A stretch of 32,000 bases of DNA from Candidatus Heimdallarchaeota archaeon (GCA_030149205.1 JASBSB010000001.1:900001-932000), one strand, 5' to 3'; shown: positions 9,428-18,159, counted from the stretch's first letter. Program-made: numbers and translations. The notes: generated by a model from the sequence alone, not told the origin.

Positions 9428-10309
9428 TCCAATCTGTCCTTATTTGGTTGCAGAGAACAAATGCACTATAAATTGTTGCGGCTACAACTACAGCAATAAC
9501 TAATGCGTTTGCTGTAATTTCTACCATAGCACCAGACACTGAGACGATTTTATCCCAAAGACTCACAAATGATTGAATAAATTGGATAATAGTCACTAAT
9601 AAAGGTATAGATGCAACAATATTTGCTGCGAAGATTAATGCATCCCCTGTATTCAAAAAATCTGCCAGTGAGTTGGAAATTAGAGTTACAAAGTTAAAAA
9701 GTGCTGTTGCAACACTAGCTAAAGCAGAACCTATAGCTATAAGTTTAACAGCTCTAGACATAATTCTAACAGCACCCTCTAGATATTTTGCAAGTATGGT
9801 AGCTGCAATAGCTGATAATATTGATAACACCAATGAAATGAGAGATACTCCATCAATTATTAGCTCGATCATAGTGTCCCCTGCACAGGGTTTGGCTTTG
9901 TTTCTAATCACAAAGGTCTGTGTGCATGCTGGCTTTGGTGGAGGAGGAGCACCACCACCTCCTGCATCCAATAGTAACCTCAAAGGCAGGAAAAGGGGGG
10001 GATTTATCCTTAGAGTTAACATTCTGGAGACTAAGGAATCTATCAAAGCACTAATGAAATTGAACTCCAGGTTACGGTTTAAGGCTATCTGAAGGGATAT
10101 GGCATACGCACCAACCAAGCTGTCAATGGTTTGACTAAATGAGACAACCTGTTTTCCAGTAGCCTGTGTTAATGTGGAGATAGTTTTAGAGTCACAGGAG
10201 AGGAAGAAGTGCTTCTGAGCAGCAAAGCTCTTCACCAGTGTGCTGATGAGATCCCAGCTGATCAGCCCAGACTGTGAGAGGATGCCTTTGGTGTTGCATA
10301 CCCACCCAG
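9420..10309 (-). pseudogene. Orphan (5'-truncated) cassette type E: partial peptidase domain + intact CT
   Basis: Homology to the precursor begins at the IWVG codons (~10309). A 2-nt deletion removes the His codon. The open frame NTKGILSQSGLISWDLISTLVKSFAAQKHFFLSCDS... runs to QIRTDWND*. No signal segment. Confidence 0.85.
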
Positions 10310-10406
10310 ATTAAAGAACTGTAATAATATCAAAGATACATAATAATTTGAATAGAAAACATAATCAGGACAAGCCTGATGCACAAAACATATAAAGAAA
10401 TCATGA

Positions 10407-10742
10407 GTGTCAACTGTAGTGTGCCCTCAGATAGTAGAAAGTGAACCTTCGGTTGAAAAGGGGGATACCAGCATTATCCTCTTAAGAATCATGATTCTTA
10501 TATTTGTTGGCATCATGTACCCGGTCTTAGTGCATTTGATAGCAGGGAGGGAACCGAGATTCATGTCCTGGAACATTCCATTCTTCCCCTATTCGATAAA
10601 TGTCATCTTAATCATAGGTTTATTGTATCTGCTCTTTTATCTGGCTTACAAGCAAGAGGAGTTCAAAAAAGCAACACTTGAAAAGCTTTACTCATCTGAC
10701 ACTGAGATCAAAGGCGAGGAGAAGGATCAACATGGTCACTGA
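10407..10742 (+). CDS. Small 2-TM membrane protein (gene X, copy 2)
   Basis: Near-identical paralog of 2610-2912. Confidence 0.7.
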   Translation: MSTVVCPQIVESEPSVEKGDTSIILLRIMILIFVGIMYPVLVHLIAGREPRFMSWNIPFFPYSINVILIIGLLYLLFYLAYKQEEFKKATLEKLYSSDTEIKGEEKDQHGH

Positions 10743-10906
10743 TTTTTCAAACTGTTAAATTAGAATATTTTGATTCTGTGTTGCTTTTCAAGGTTTATAA
10801 CCTTTATACTGTAAATTCAATAGCATTCCAGAGTAGGTTCAAATAAATACTAACTTATATTTTAAAGAAGGTAGAGAGAAATTTTTTTTAATAAAATAAT
10901 AAAAGT

Positions 10907-11224
10907 TTAAAATTTATAAATATCAAAAATTAGTAGACTGATAAGAAGATAACTTGATACACCTAGTGCACTTATAAAAATGCTAATCCTCTTGTGTTTT
11001 GCTTGAAATAGATCATAGCTCCTCTTAAAACTTGTTAACACAAGTACCAAAATCGCATTGAAACCAAATAATAGATCAAGACTATTTGGTCTAAAACCTG
11101 TGAACAAATATAAATAAATAAGTAAAATTATCCAAATGATTAGCAGAATTGTTAATAATTTTAGATATTTGGAAGTTTTATTGGATATTTCTAATCTTTC
11201 ACTATCATTCACAGTTTTTATCAT
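10907..11224 (-). CDS. 3-TM putative immunity/partner protein of CT type B
   Basis: 18 nt downstream of the CT-B stop, with a GGTGA ribosome-binding site; homolog of 2883-3188. Confidence 0.8.
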   Translation of the reverse strand: MIKTVNDSERLEISNKTSKYLKLLTILLIIWIILLIYLYLFTGFRPNSLDLLFGFNAILVLVLTSFKRSYDLFQAKHKRISIFISALGVSSYLLISLLIFDIYKF

Positions 11225-11242
11225 ATCATCACCTATAAATTC

Positions 11243-11990
11243 TTACCAGTAATGGGTATTTGCATCGATAAAATCCACTGTGAATAAAGTCAAAAAGTAC
11301 ATTAATCCTGCAAGGGCAGCAGCAGTTAGTAAAACTACTGCTATTGTAGCGACACCATTTTTTACAGTATCAGCATTCAATGTAGCATAAGCCATTGGTT
11401 GAGCCCACCAAACCAGAGATAAAATTTTTGCCGTTATGATTGCACCAATGCCCGTGATTAATTTATATAAGATATATACCATTCGGTGTGGGTTTGGATT
11501 CCTTCCATTTATAAAATCGATTACCCATACCACAAAATCATAAATAAAAGATGCTAAAGTTAATGCACCTGATACAAAAGAAGCCACACTGAAACCTATA
11601 GCCTTATTAGTTAAAGGAAAGAGAAATGCAAATATTGAGAAAAATATATACCCAATAGTATACACCTCTTCACCACCTAGGTACATAGGTAGGATGGAGT
11701 TTGGGTTCATGTTTATCTGCATTATCCTGCTCAGCAACTTACTAAAAAAAGACATGACGCTTTTACCGGCTGAAACCAATATCTGTGCAGAAATAATGTT
11801 TGCAGCAAAAATTGCATCCACCACCATCCCAAAGCTGTAGACATTCTTTCCGGTTACATGGGTGAGCTTTATGACCTTTGAAGAATCACAGGAGAGGAAG
11901 AAATGCCTCTGGGCGGAAGAGCTCTTCACCAGTGTGCTGATGAGGTCCCAGCTGATCAGTCTATTTTGTGAGAGGATGACTCTGTTGTTG
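11243..11990 (-). pseudogene. Orphan (5'-truncated) cassette type B: partial peptidase domain + intact CT
   Basis: Frame ANNRVILSQNRLISWDLISTLVKSSSAQRHFFLSCDS...DANTHYW*; the HG motif is absent and an in-frame TAA lies just upstream. Confidence 0.85.
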
Positions 11991-12066
11991 GCACAAATAA
12001 TTAATTTTTATCCTAAAATTTGAATTGAGATGTAAGTTTATCATTTGACAAACGTGAAAATAGCAG

Positions 12067-12411
12067 TCAAAATATTCTAAATAGTTGCTTATTAAGATCT
12101 GATATGAACAATGCAAGTAGAATTGTTAAAAATACAGCATTCACAATTATTCTATTTTTCTTGCTCATGTCTGCCTTCTTCATTGGATGTATATCATACT
12201 TATCATAAAGTTCTTCTTGTGTCCTCAAAGTCTCCTTACGTAGAAAAATTAATGGAAAAAAAGCTAAGAAGAAAATCCATGCTACAAACCCAAATAACCA
12301 AAATAGTATCATATTTAGAGAAAATGTCGGACTATAGATCCTAAAAGCAAAACTATAGGACAAAAGCATTATATATATTCGATACTTGCTGAAGGTTTGT
12401 AAAAATTTCAT
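12067..12411 (-). CDS. Putative immunity/partner protein of CT type A, copy 2
   Basis: Homologous to 3459-3812; 2 nt after the CT-A remnant stop. Confidence 0.8.
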   Translation of the reverse strand: MKFLQTFSKYRIYIMLLSYSFAFRIYSPTFSLNMILFWLFGFVAWIFFLAFFPLIFLRKETLRTQEELYDKYDIHPMKKADMSKKNRIIVNAVFLTILLALFISDLNKQLFRIF

Positions 12412-12413
12412 GA

Positions 12414-12545
12414 TTACACCACAGTAATATATGGATCAGGATCACATATACTTTAGACAAACTGTGTTTACAGAATACAAAAAGCTTTTTGTTGACCCAT
12501 GAGCCAATATAATTTAAAACCCATAAGAATTATTTCTGTCAAAAC
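12414..12545 (-). pseudogene. CT type A remnant
   Basis: Ends ICDPDPYITVV*, matching the precursor tail (CDPDPYITVV*); upstream EIILMGFKLYWLMGQQKAF resembles SVILMAIKSLPWWEQAF; contains deletions and stops. Confidence 0.8.
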
Positions 12546-12616
12546 ATTGCCCACAGTACTTGAGCATTAAAAGCTTAAAAAAATTGATTGAAGAGAAGCC
12601 AAGTAATTTTTATCTG

Positions 12617-13018
12617 CTAGGTTTTATAATTTTTTAATCTGTCATCAAAGGTCAGTATTTCATCACAGGCTAATTTCTGTGCGCTGAGAAACACAACACA
12701 ATCTGTAAAAGTCAACGGTTTTCGCTCCCCCATCTCAGATTGAATTAGCTTCCAAGCACTTAGTATCAAATCTTGATTGCTATAGTAAATGCTAATAAAT
12801 TCTTCTGAGAACAACAGCTCACCCCATTGGATTGCCTCGTCAAGTCTAGATACTCTAAGCATGAAATTTATAAATTCATCAATTACATAGTCTGAAATTA
12901 TTAGTTCTGCACTTTTGGTGGCACTTATTTGATCCAAAATGTCATTTGCTGCATCATGAAATTTGTCTCTGGTGTTTGCCAGTCCAACAAGAAATGAGGT
13001 ATCAATGAAATATTTCAT
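12617..13018 (-). CDS. vapC: PIN-domain ribonuclease toxin
   Basis: YFIDTSFL, VIDEF, TFTDC, TFDD acidic PIN motifs; 133 aa. Confidence 0.9.
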   Translation of the reverse strand: MKYFIDTSFLVGLANTRDKFHDAANDILDQISATKSAELIISDYVIDEFINFMLRVSRLDEAIQWGELLFSEEFISIYYSNQDLILSAWKLIQSEMGERKPLTFTDCVVFLSAQKLACDEILTFDDRLKNYKT

Positions 13019-13290
13019 TGCCCCTTCTCACCATACAAGACCTCATCAATCATCTCTGGTGATGTTTCTATGTCCCAGGGTTTCTGAAGCCCCCTGATTC
13101 TCTTGGTTATTCCTTCGACAGGTTTTCTTCTTGCTAACAATAACAGATCCAGATTCTTTTCACCATACTCAATGAGTAATTCTAGGGCTTCCTGCTGGGT
13201 TAATTTAATATCATATCTCAGCAGAATTGAGGCCAGTAGCTTATCAAGGGATCTTTTCGTGTGGTCAGATATCTTTATTGAGCTTGCCAT
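13015..13290 (-). CDS. vapB: VapB-type antitoxin
   Basis: 91 aa; ATGA overlap with vapC; C-terminal TSPEMIDEVLYG is typical of archaeal VapB. Confidence 0.7.
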   Translation of the reverse strand: MASSIKISDHTKRSLDKLLASILLRYDIKLTQQEALELLIEYGEKNLDLLLLARRKPVEGITKRIRGLQKPWDIETSPEMIDEVLYGEKGQ

Positions 13291-13502
13291 ACCTTATAAT
13301 TCTCTTTATCTCTTTTAAAATTTTTCATGAAATAATACTTTCCATAAAATAATGGTTTTCATAAAATAATGCTTTACACCCCAACTCGCTTCTCACAATC
13401 CTTAACCTCCAATAATTTTAGCTACACCCAAGTTGATCTAAAAAGGTAGAAAAGAAGTCTTGAAAACAATTCGAGTAGAATCATTACAACATATCCTTAG
13501 AG

Positions 13503-14351
13503 CTACAAAGGCCACTCATAGCTGTCTCTTTCAATGAACCCTGCCTCTTCCTCAGTCACCTGCCAGCCAGTGCACTGCCTCAGCTCTGAGATGAACGCAT
13601 CACAGAGCACCTCTGAGTTCCAAAACACAAGATAACGCAGGCCATTATGCTCAACAATAGCAGCAAAGACCTTGCTTCCAGGGAATTCGGTATCTTCCCT
13701 GGTTTTATACAAGAAATTTTTCTTGATAATCCGCACAGGGTCAGCCAGTGGGAACCTCACCGACCGATACTTCCCCCACATTGACCAGAGGTTGAGGGAG
13801 ACTGTTTCATTAGTGTGATTAATATTGATACTCACATGGAATAGTAATCGATTCAACATAGCTGCCAGCGACATGTTGATGAGTATTCCTGGGAGCAGCA
13901 AAAATATTGGAACCATATAAAGTCTGTTGTTTGGGTTGATTCTTGGTAAATTGGGTAACCAGAGATACACAAACCCAAGCACGTAGAGCAATGTGACAAT
14001 GATGAAGGCAGCTAGGTTTTTGCTCAGCCCGTCAAATGCGGGAGAATATATCTCTGTGTGTCGATATTTTTTATAGGATATTCGTATAAAAGCAATCAAT
14101 CCGAACCAAGAGACCAGCCCTGCATTTAAACTCAGTAAAACACCAACATAGGTCAGAGGGCTGAAGGGGACCACCTTATCTAAACCTCCTGAGGTAAGTG
14201 TCACACCAGCCAACAACCCGAAAACCAAAAATGGGAGAATGATTAAAATTGCCAATAACTTGTATTTAACAGGAGAAGAGAACCTATACTGACATGTTTG
14301 GGTATCTGGATCAAAGTGGAAATAATACATGTGCTGATAGTCCATCTTCAA
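13503..14351 (-). CDS. 4-TM + soluble C-terminal domain partner protein (paralog of 6096-6938)
   Basis: 282 aa, colinear with the 280-aa paralog; ATG at 14345 is a possible start. Confidence 0.85.
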   Translation of the reverse strand: MKMDYQHMYYFHFDPDTQTCQYRFSSPVKYKLLAILIILPFLVFGLLAGVTLTSGGLDKVVPFSPLTYVGVLLSLNAGLVSWFGLIAFIRISYKKYRHTEIYSPAFDGLSKNLAAFIIVTLLYVLGFVYLWLPNLPRINPNNRLYMVPIFLLLPGILINMSLAAMLNRLLFHVSININHTNETVSLNLWSMWGKYRSVRFPLADPVRIIKKNFLYKTREDTEFPGSKVFAAIVEHNGLRYLVFWNSEVLCDAFISELRQCTGWQVTEEEAGFIERDSYEWPL

Positions 14352-14373
14352 TTACCATCGTGTTCTATTTTTA

Positions 14374-14585
14374 TTAAGTTCTCTCTTTCATCCACCAAAT
14401 AGCCAAGAAGGCAGTTCCAATTGCAGCTATGTTACCCACTGATGGTAAAGGACACCGATGAAGTTTGCAAGTGACCTGTACAAGGCAAAGCCTGCTGAGG
14501 TGACTGTCAGTGCAATGTATGTGATCAATGGGAAACTGAAAAAGTTTGAAATACAGAAGTTTTGAAGAATAGCAGGTTTACAAAC
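14374..14585 (-). pseudogene. Probable hydrophobic CT remnant
   Basis: Two overlapping hydrophobic frames (ITYIALTVTSAGFALYRSLANFIGVL / LPSVGNIAAIGTAFLAIWWMKERT*) ending just upstream of the 282-aa partner. Confidence 0.4.
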
Positions 14586-14650
14586 CCCATTAAATTTTAG
14601 GATAAGTATTTAATCCCGGTTAGACTTATTTAGATAACAAATTTCTGCGG

Positions 14651-14989
14651 TTAATACCTGATAGACCTGAACCAGAAATAGAAGAAAGAAACGACCAAAG
14701 CAAGGGCAATTATGCGACCACCCCAAACTACACCTTTGAAGAAAAGGTCATGTCTCTCTTTGTATGGTTCAAGAAGGTAAAGCCCAATCAGTGCGACTGT
14801 CTGCACTGCCTCTAAGAAGGCGATCAACAGCACAAGCAAAAACAGGTTATGATCAACCTGCTGCAGAAATGGTAGGGGCAATAGGAGAAAAATCACAAAC
14901 AGAATGTGAAAGACGAGAGCCCTGCGACTCTTAATTCGTAATGTATCGAAAAAGGAGACCTTCTTGTTTTGTTGCATCATTTGTACCAT
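14651..14989 (-). CDS. 3-TM putative immunity/partner protein of the CT-B-like pseudogene
   Basis: 112 aa; similar size and TM spacing to 10907-11224; directly follows the remnant. Confidence 0.7.
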   Translation of the reverse strand: MVQMMQQNKKVSFFDTLRIKSRRALVFHILFVIFLLLPLPFLQQVDHNLFLLVLLIAFLEAVQTVALIGLYLLEPYKERHDLFFKGVVWGGRIIALALVVSFFYFWFRSIRY

Positions 14990-15011
14990 TATTCAACCAC
15001 CTATAAAGTGT

Positions 15012-15510
15012 TTACCAAAAATGTGTCTTTGTATCAACAAAATCCCATAGAAATGATATGAGGTTCGAGATGACCAAAGTAGGTTCAACAGAATTATCTT
15101 TGCTGCAGACGCAATTGAATTTGATGTAGTATCAGCAGCCAATGCCGCATTTGGACTAAACTGATCCCACCAGGTAAAATGAGATATAACGTCTTTAACC
15201 ACTGATTCAATTTCAGAAGTTACTGCAAAGAGTCCTGTTAACACCATATAACGGTGGGTTTTTGCCCTGAATAGAATCAACAATTGTTGAAATCAATAAG
15301 AAGAGGGCTGGTGCTACAACCTAGTAACCACCAGCAAATTTAGCAGCATTTATCGTAATAATCGCACCAGTTGATGGGAACAAAGTCAGAAAAATCGAGA
15401 GTCCAGTTATACCTATTGTATAGACCTCTTCACCACCCAGATACATGGTTACCGAGATGATTGTGCTGATGTTAGGTGCTGAGATTTGACTTAATGTTTC
15501 AGAAGTTTGC
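15012..15510 (-). pseudogene. CT type B-like pseudogene
   Basis: MYLGGEEVYTIG is identical to CT-B. Then an in-frame TAG (15321-15323), two frameshifts, HFTWWDQ...AADT, and the end DFVDTKTHFW* (stop 15012-15014). Confidence 0.8.
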
Positions 15511-15608
15511 CCATAGTCAGGAATCTCAAAAAATCAAAATAGGTTAATTTCTACTTAAATTCTAATTCAAATGCATTTCTTTAAACTATAAACTCACTTA
15601 TCTATTAA

Positions 15609-16400
15609 TTAGTGCGGTTCAATTGCTTTTGAATTTCTAGATATCAATTGTCTAAGGGGCTTTTCCGCTTGGGGAAGTCCATGAGCAATAATTTCTTGCT
15701 CTTTTTCGGTAAAAGCTGTGGCATCCCTCTTGGTAATTTTTCCTAATATGACATTGGACACTCTTTTCTTGTAATAAAGAACACTATAAAATAGAAAAAA
15801 ACTATAAAACATATTCCAAACTACTAGACTGGCAGTGAAAAAAGCGACAAAGTAAAGATAGTTGGCAACTAGCGGAGACATTATCTGAGGCATTGCGAAT
15901 AAGGCTAATATTAGTAGTACAGGATACCCTATAAGTGGAAACCATGAAAGCACCACTCCACCGATTCTTATCGGTTTGGGTAGCTCATAAAACAACCCCT
16001 CGCTTTTGAGCGTCTGGTGGATGTCGGAAATATGTTGAAGAAAACGGTCATCATGGTAGATAAGGTACAGCTTGTAAGGCTGTTCCTGTTGGATCAGCCC
16101 CAGCACTAAGTTTTCTGAGGGAGATAGACGGAATGATTTGGATTGATGGTCTAGACCTGAGTAGACAAATCGTTTGTCTACGGAGATCAGCCCCTTTTCT
16201 AACAGACTGTAAAGAACACAGGTCACAAGCCTGACCTTCCCACCATAGAGATAGCCCCAGACCTCAAATTCATGACCTGGGACATCTGGTGCGGTTTTAA
16301 AGTGAGCACCCAAATTTGTGGCAATCACAAGAATGAGGGGAGTAAGTGTTCCAGATACAGTAATAACAGCTAGCATAACTGTTAATGAGAGAAGCAACAT
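15609..16400 (-). CDS. TIGR04222-like membrane protein, copy 2
   Basis: Near-identical to 7240-8079 except for the C-terminus. Confidence 0.65.
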   Translation of the reverse strand: MLLLSLTVMLAVITVSGTLTPLILVIATNLGAHFKTAPDVPGHEFEVWGYLYGGKVRLVTCVLYSLLEKGLISVDKRFVYSGLDHQSKSFRLSPSENLVLGLIQQEQPYKLYLIYHDDRFLQHISDIHQTLKSEGLFYELPKPIRIGGVVLSWFPLIGYPVLLILALFAMPQIMSPLVANYLYFVAFFTASLVVWNMFYSFFLFYSVLYYKKRVSNVILGKITKRDATAFTEKEQEIIAHGLPQAEKPLRQLISRNSKAIEPH

Positions 16401-16448
16401 ATCTTCATATCACCCTAGTTTTTGGATACTTGAATCCTATAAAAATGT

Positions 16449-16610
16449 TCAGAATACCTCCCAAGGCATACTCGCTATTCCGTCCGGGTCGGGTAAATCT
16501 AACGCGACTCCCGCAAGAAACCACCCCCAGCTTAATAAGCCTGCTAATAGTAGACTGGCTCTAACAATCCAGTATGCAGGTGTGCTTGCAGCCACAAGTT
16601 CTGCCCCAGG
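16449..16610 (-). pseudogene. CT type D remnant
   Basis: AELVAASTPAYWIVRASLLLAGLLSWGWFLAGVALDLPDPDGIASMPWEVF*; several differences from 8128-8301 are synonymous in this frame. Confidence 0.85.
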
Positions 16611-16910
16611 TAGGTTAATTTTCGATAAATAGCAAAAGAGCTATTTGGATTGAATGGTGTGAATTTTTGGATATCTTTCACTTTACTGCCGCTTAGTTTT
16701 TATCCCTTTCAATTTGTACGGAGTCCAATTAATATACAGAACAGTATGTTCTCTAAGCTTAGGGAATTTAATGTAGGATACTGTTTCTTTATTCAGTACA
16801 TACTGGGTTTAAAAATAAATTCAAACTTATTTATTTATAAACTAATATGAAATACAATTGTGAATTCTACTTTTGAGCTGAAATCTTAAAGATTTATTAC
16901 AGGTTGAAAG

Positions 16911-17702
16911 TTATTCATTTAAACCAATTGTATCTTGTGGAACTACAAACTCAATTCTTCTGCTTTTGGAATTGGAGCTGACCAATTTTCTTAAAGGGTC
17001 TTCTTTTTTAGGCAACCCATGAGCAATAATTTCTCTCTCTTTTTCGGTAAATTCTGTCCCATCCTCTTTGGAAATTTTTTCCAATTTAAGATTAGAGACT
17101 GGAGCCTTGTAATTAAGAAAATCATTGGCTACAACCATGGAAAATACCAAAAACCAAGTTATTTGAAGTACAGCTAAACTCAAATAAAGGTAAAAGGGGA
17201 ACTCAGAACCAAATAATGCAAGAAGATAATAACCTACGACAGGATAACCCGGAAGAAGTACTCCTATGATCCTTAAAGGTCTTGGGAGTTCATAAAACAA
17301 CCCCTCACTCTTGAGCGTCTGGTGGATGCCGGAAATATGTTGAAGAAAACGGTCATCTGAGTAGATCTGATACAGCTTGTAGGGTTGTTTTTCCCCTAAT
17401 AACCTCAGAAATAGGTTTTCAGACTTTGTTAGATTAAACTTATTGGATTGATTATCTGATTTTAGGTGAACAAATCTTTTGTCTATGGAGATTAAATCTT
17501 TTTGTAATAAAGAATAAAGCACACAAGTTACAAGCCTGACCTTACCACCATAGAGATAGCCCCAGACCTCAAATCCATGACCTGGTATCTTTGGTGCAAT
17601 TTTGTAATGACCAACTAATTTGGTTGTAATCACAAGCCCGAATGGAGCAATTGACGTCAATATGGTCAAAATTAACAGGAGTTGTAGGAGAAGGATTGAC
17701 AT
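16911..17702 (-). CDS. TIGR04222-like membrane protein, copy 3 (divergent)
   Basis: Shares FEVWGYLYGGKVRLVTCVLYSLL and IYSDDRFLQHISGIHQTLKSEGLFYELP; preceded by GAGGTAA and a TATA box. Confidence 0.65.
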   Translation of the reverse strand: MSILLLQLLLILTILTSIAPFGLVITTKLVGHYKIAPKIPGHGFEVWGYLYGGKVRLVTCVLYSLLQKDLISIDKRFVHLKSDNQSNKFNLTKSENLFLRLLGEKQPYKLYQIYSDDRFLQHISGIHQTLKSEGLFYELPRPLRIIGVLLPGYPVVGYYLLALFGSEFPFYLYLSLAVLQITWFLVFSMVVANDFLNYKAPVSNLKLEKISKEDGTEFTEKEREIIAHGLPKKEDPLRKLVSSNSKSRRIEFVVPQDTIGLNE

Positions 17703-17730
17703 AAACCAATTACCTCATCATACCATAGAG

Positions 17731-18159
17731 TGTATAAAAACCTTTATCGCTTAGCTTATTTTTTTTTGCAAACTTTATTTTTTGAAATTCACTATTGTAT
17801 AAAAACAAAATCTGTGTGAAATTTTTCACTGTGATATTTACGATTGCAAGAATAATTTTCACAGAAATATAAATAGAGTGCCTTTAAATCATCATTTGAT
17901 CAAGTCAGTTTTTTATAGATCAATTTTTTTATCTGGACTATTAGTTTATTTTATAAGTAATACATTGCAGCTGTACTTCAATAATTTGCATAAGCGACTA
18001 ATTTTTTACAAACCTAGATGTTACCCCTTTATTAAATTTAGTTCATATTGGCCATCACCAATAATCCGTAAATAAGAAACTACCAATTATTGTAAATAAA
18101 GCTGATGTTGAAGGATAGAGGGGTTGATTAGTCTTAAGAACCAAAATACTCTATATTTA
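17731..18159. repeat. ~430-bp duplicated non-coding upstream element, copy 2
   Basis: Colinear with 4935-5360; TATA box at 17733-17740, ~30 nt upstream of ATG 17702. Confidence 0.9.

Noticed and set aside
9673-10092. 139-aa plus-strand ORF
   Set aside because: Antisense shadow of cassette E, whose minus-strand frame carries the family motifs.
8302-15323. Pyrrolysine/amber read-through at the in-frame TAGs (8302, 15321)
   Set aside because: TAG is the ordinary stop of several intact genes here (6096, 12617, 13503, 18899), the 15012-15510 copy also has frameshifts, and no pyl genes are in view.
16318-16632. 104-aa plus-strand ORF
   Set aside because: Shadow of the CT-D remnant; differences between the two copies are synonymous in the minus-strand frame.
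16650-18075. ORFs 16650-16850 and 17878-18075
   Set aside because: They are AT-rich; the second lies within the duplicated non-coding element, and I saw no matching ORF in copy 1.
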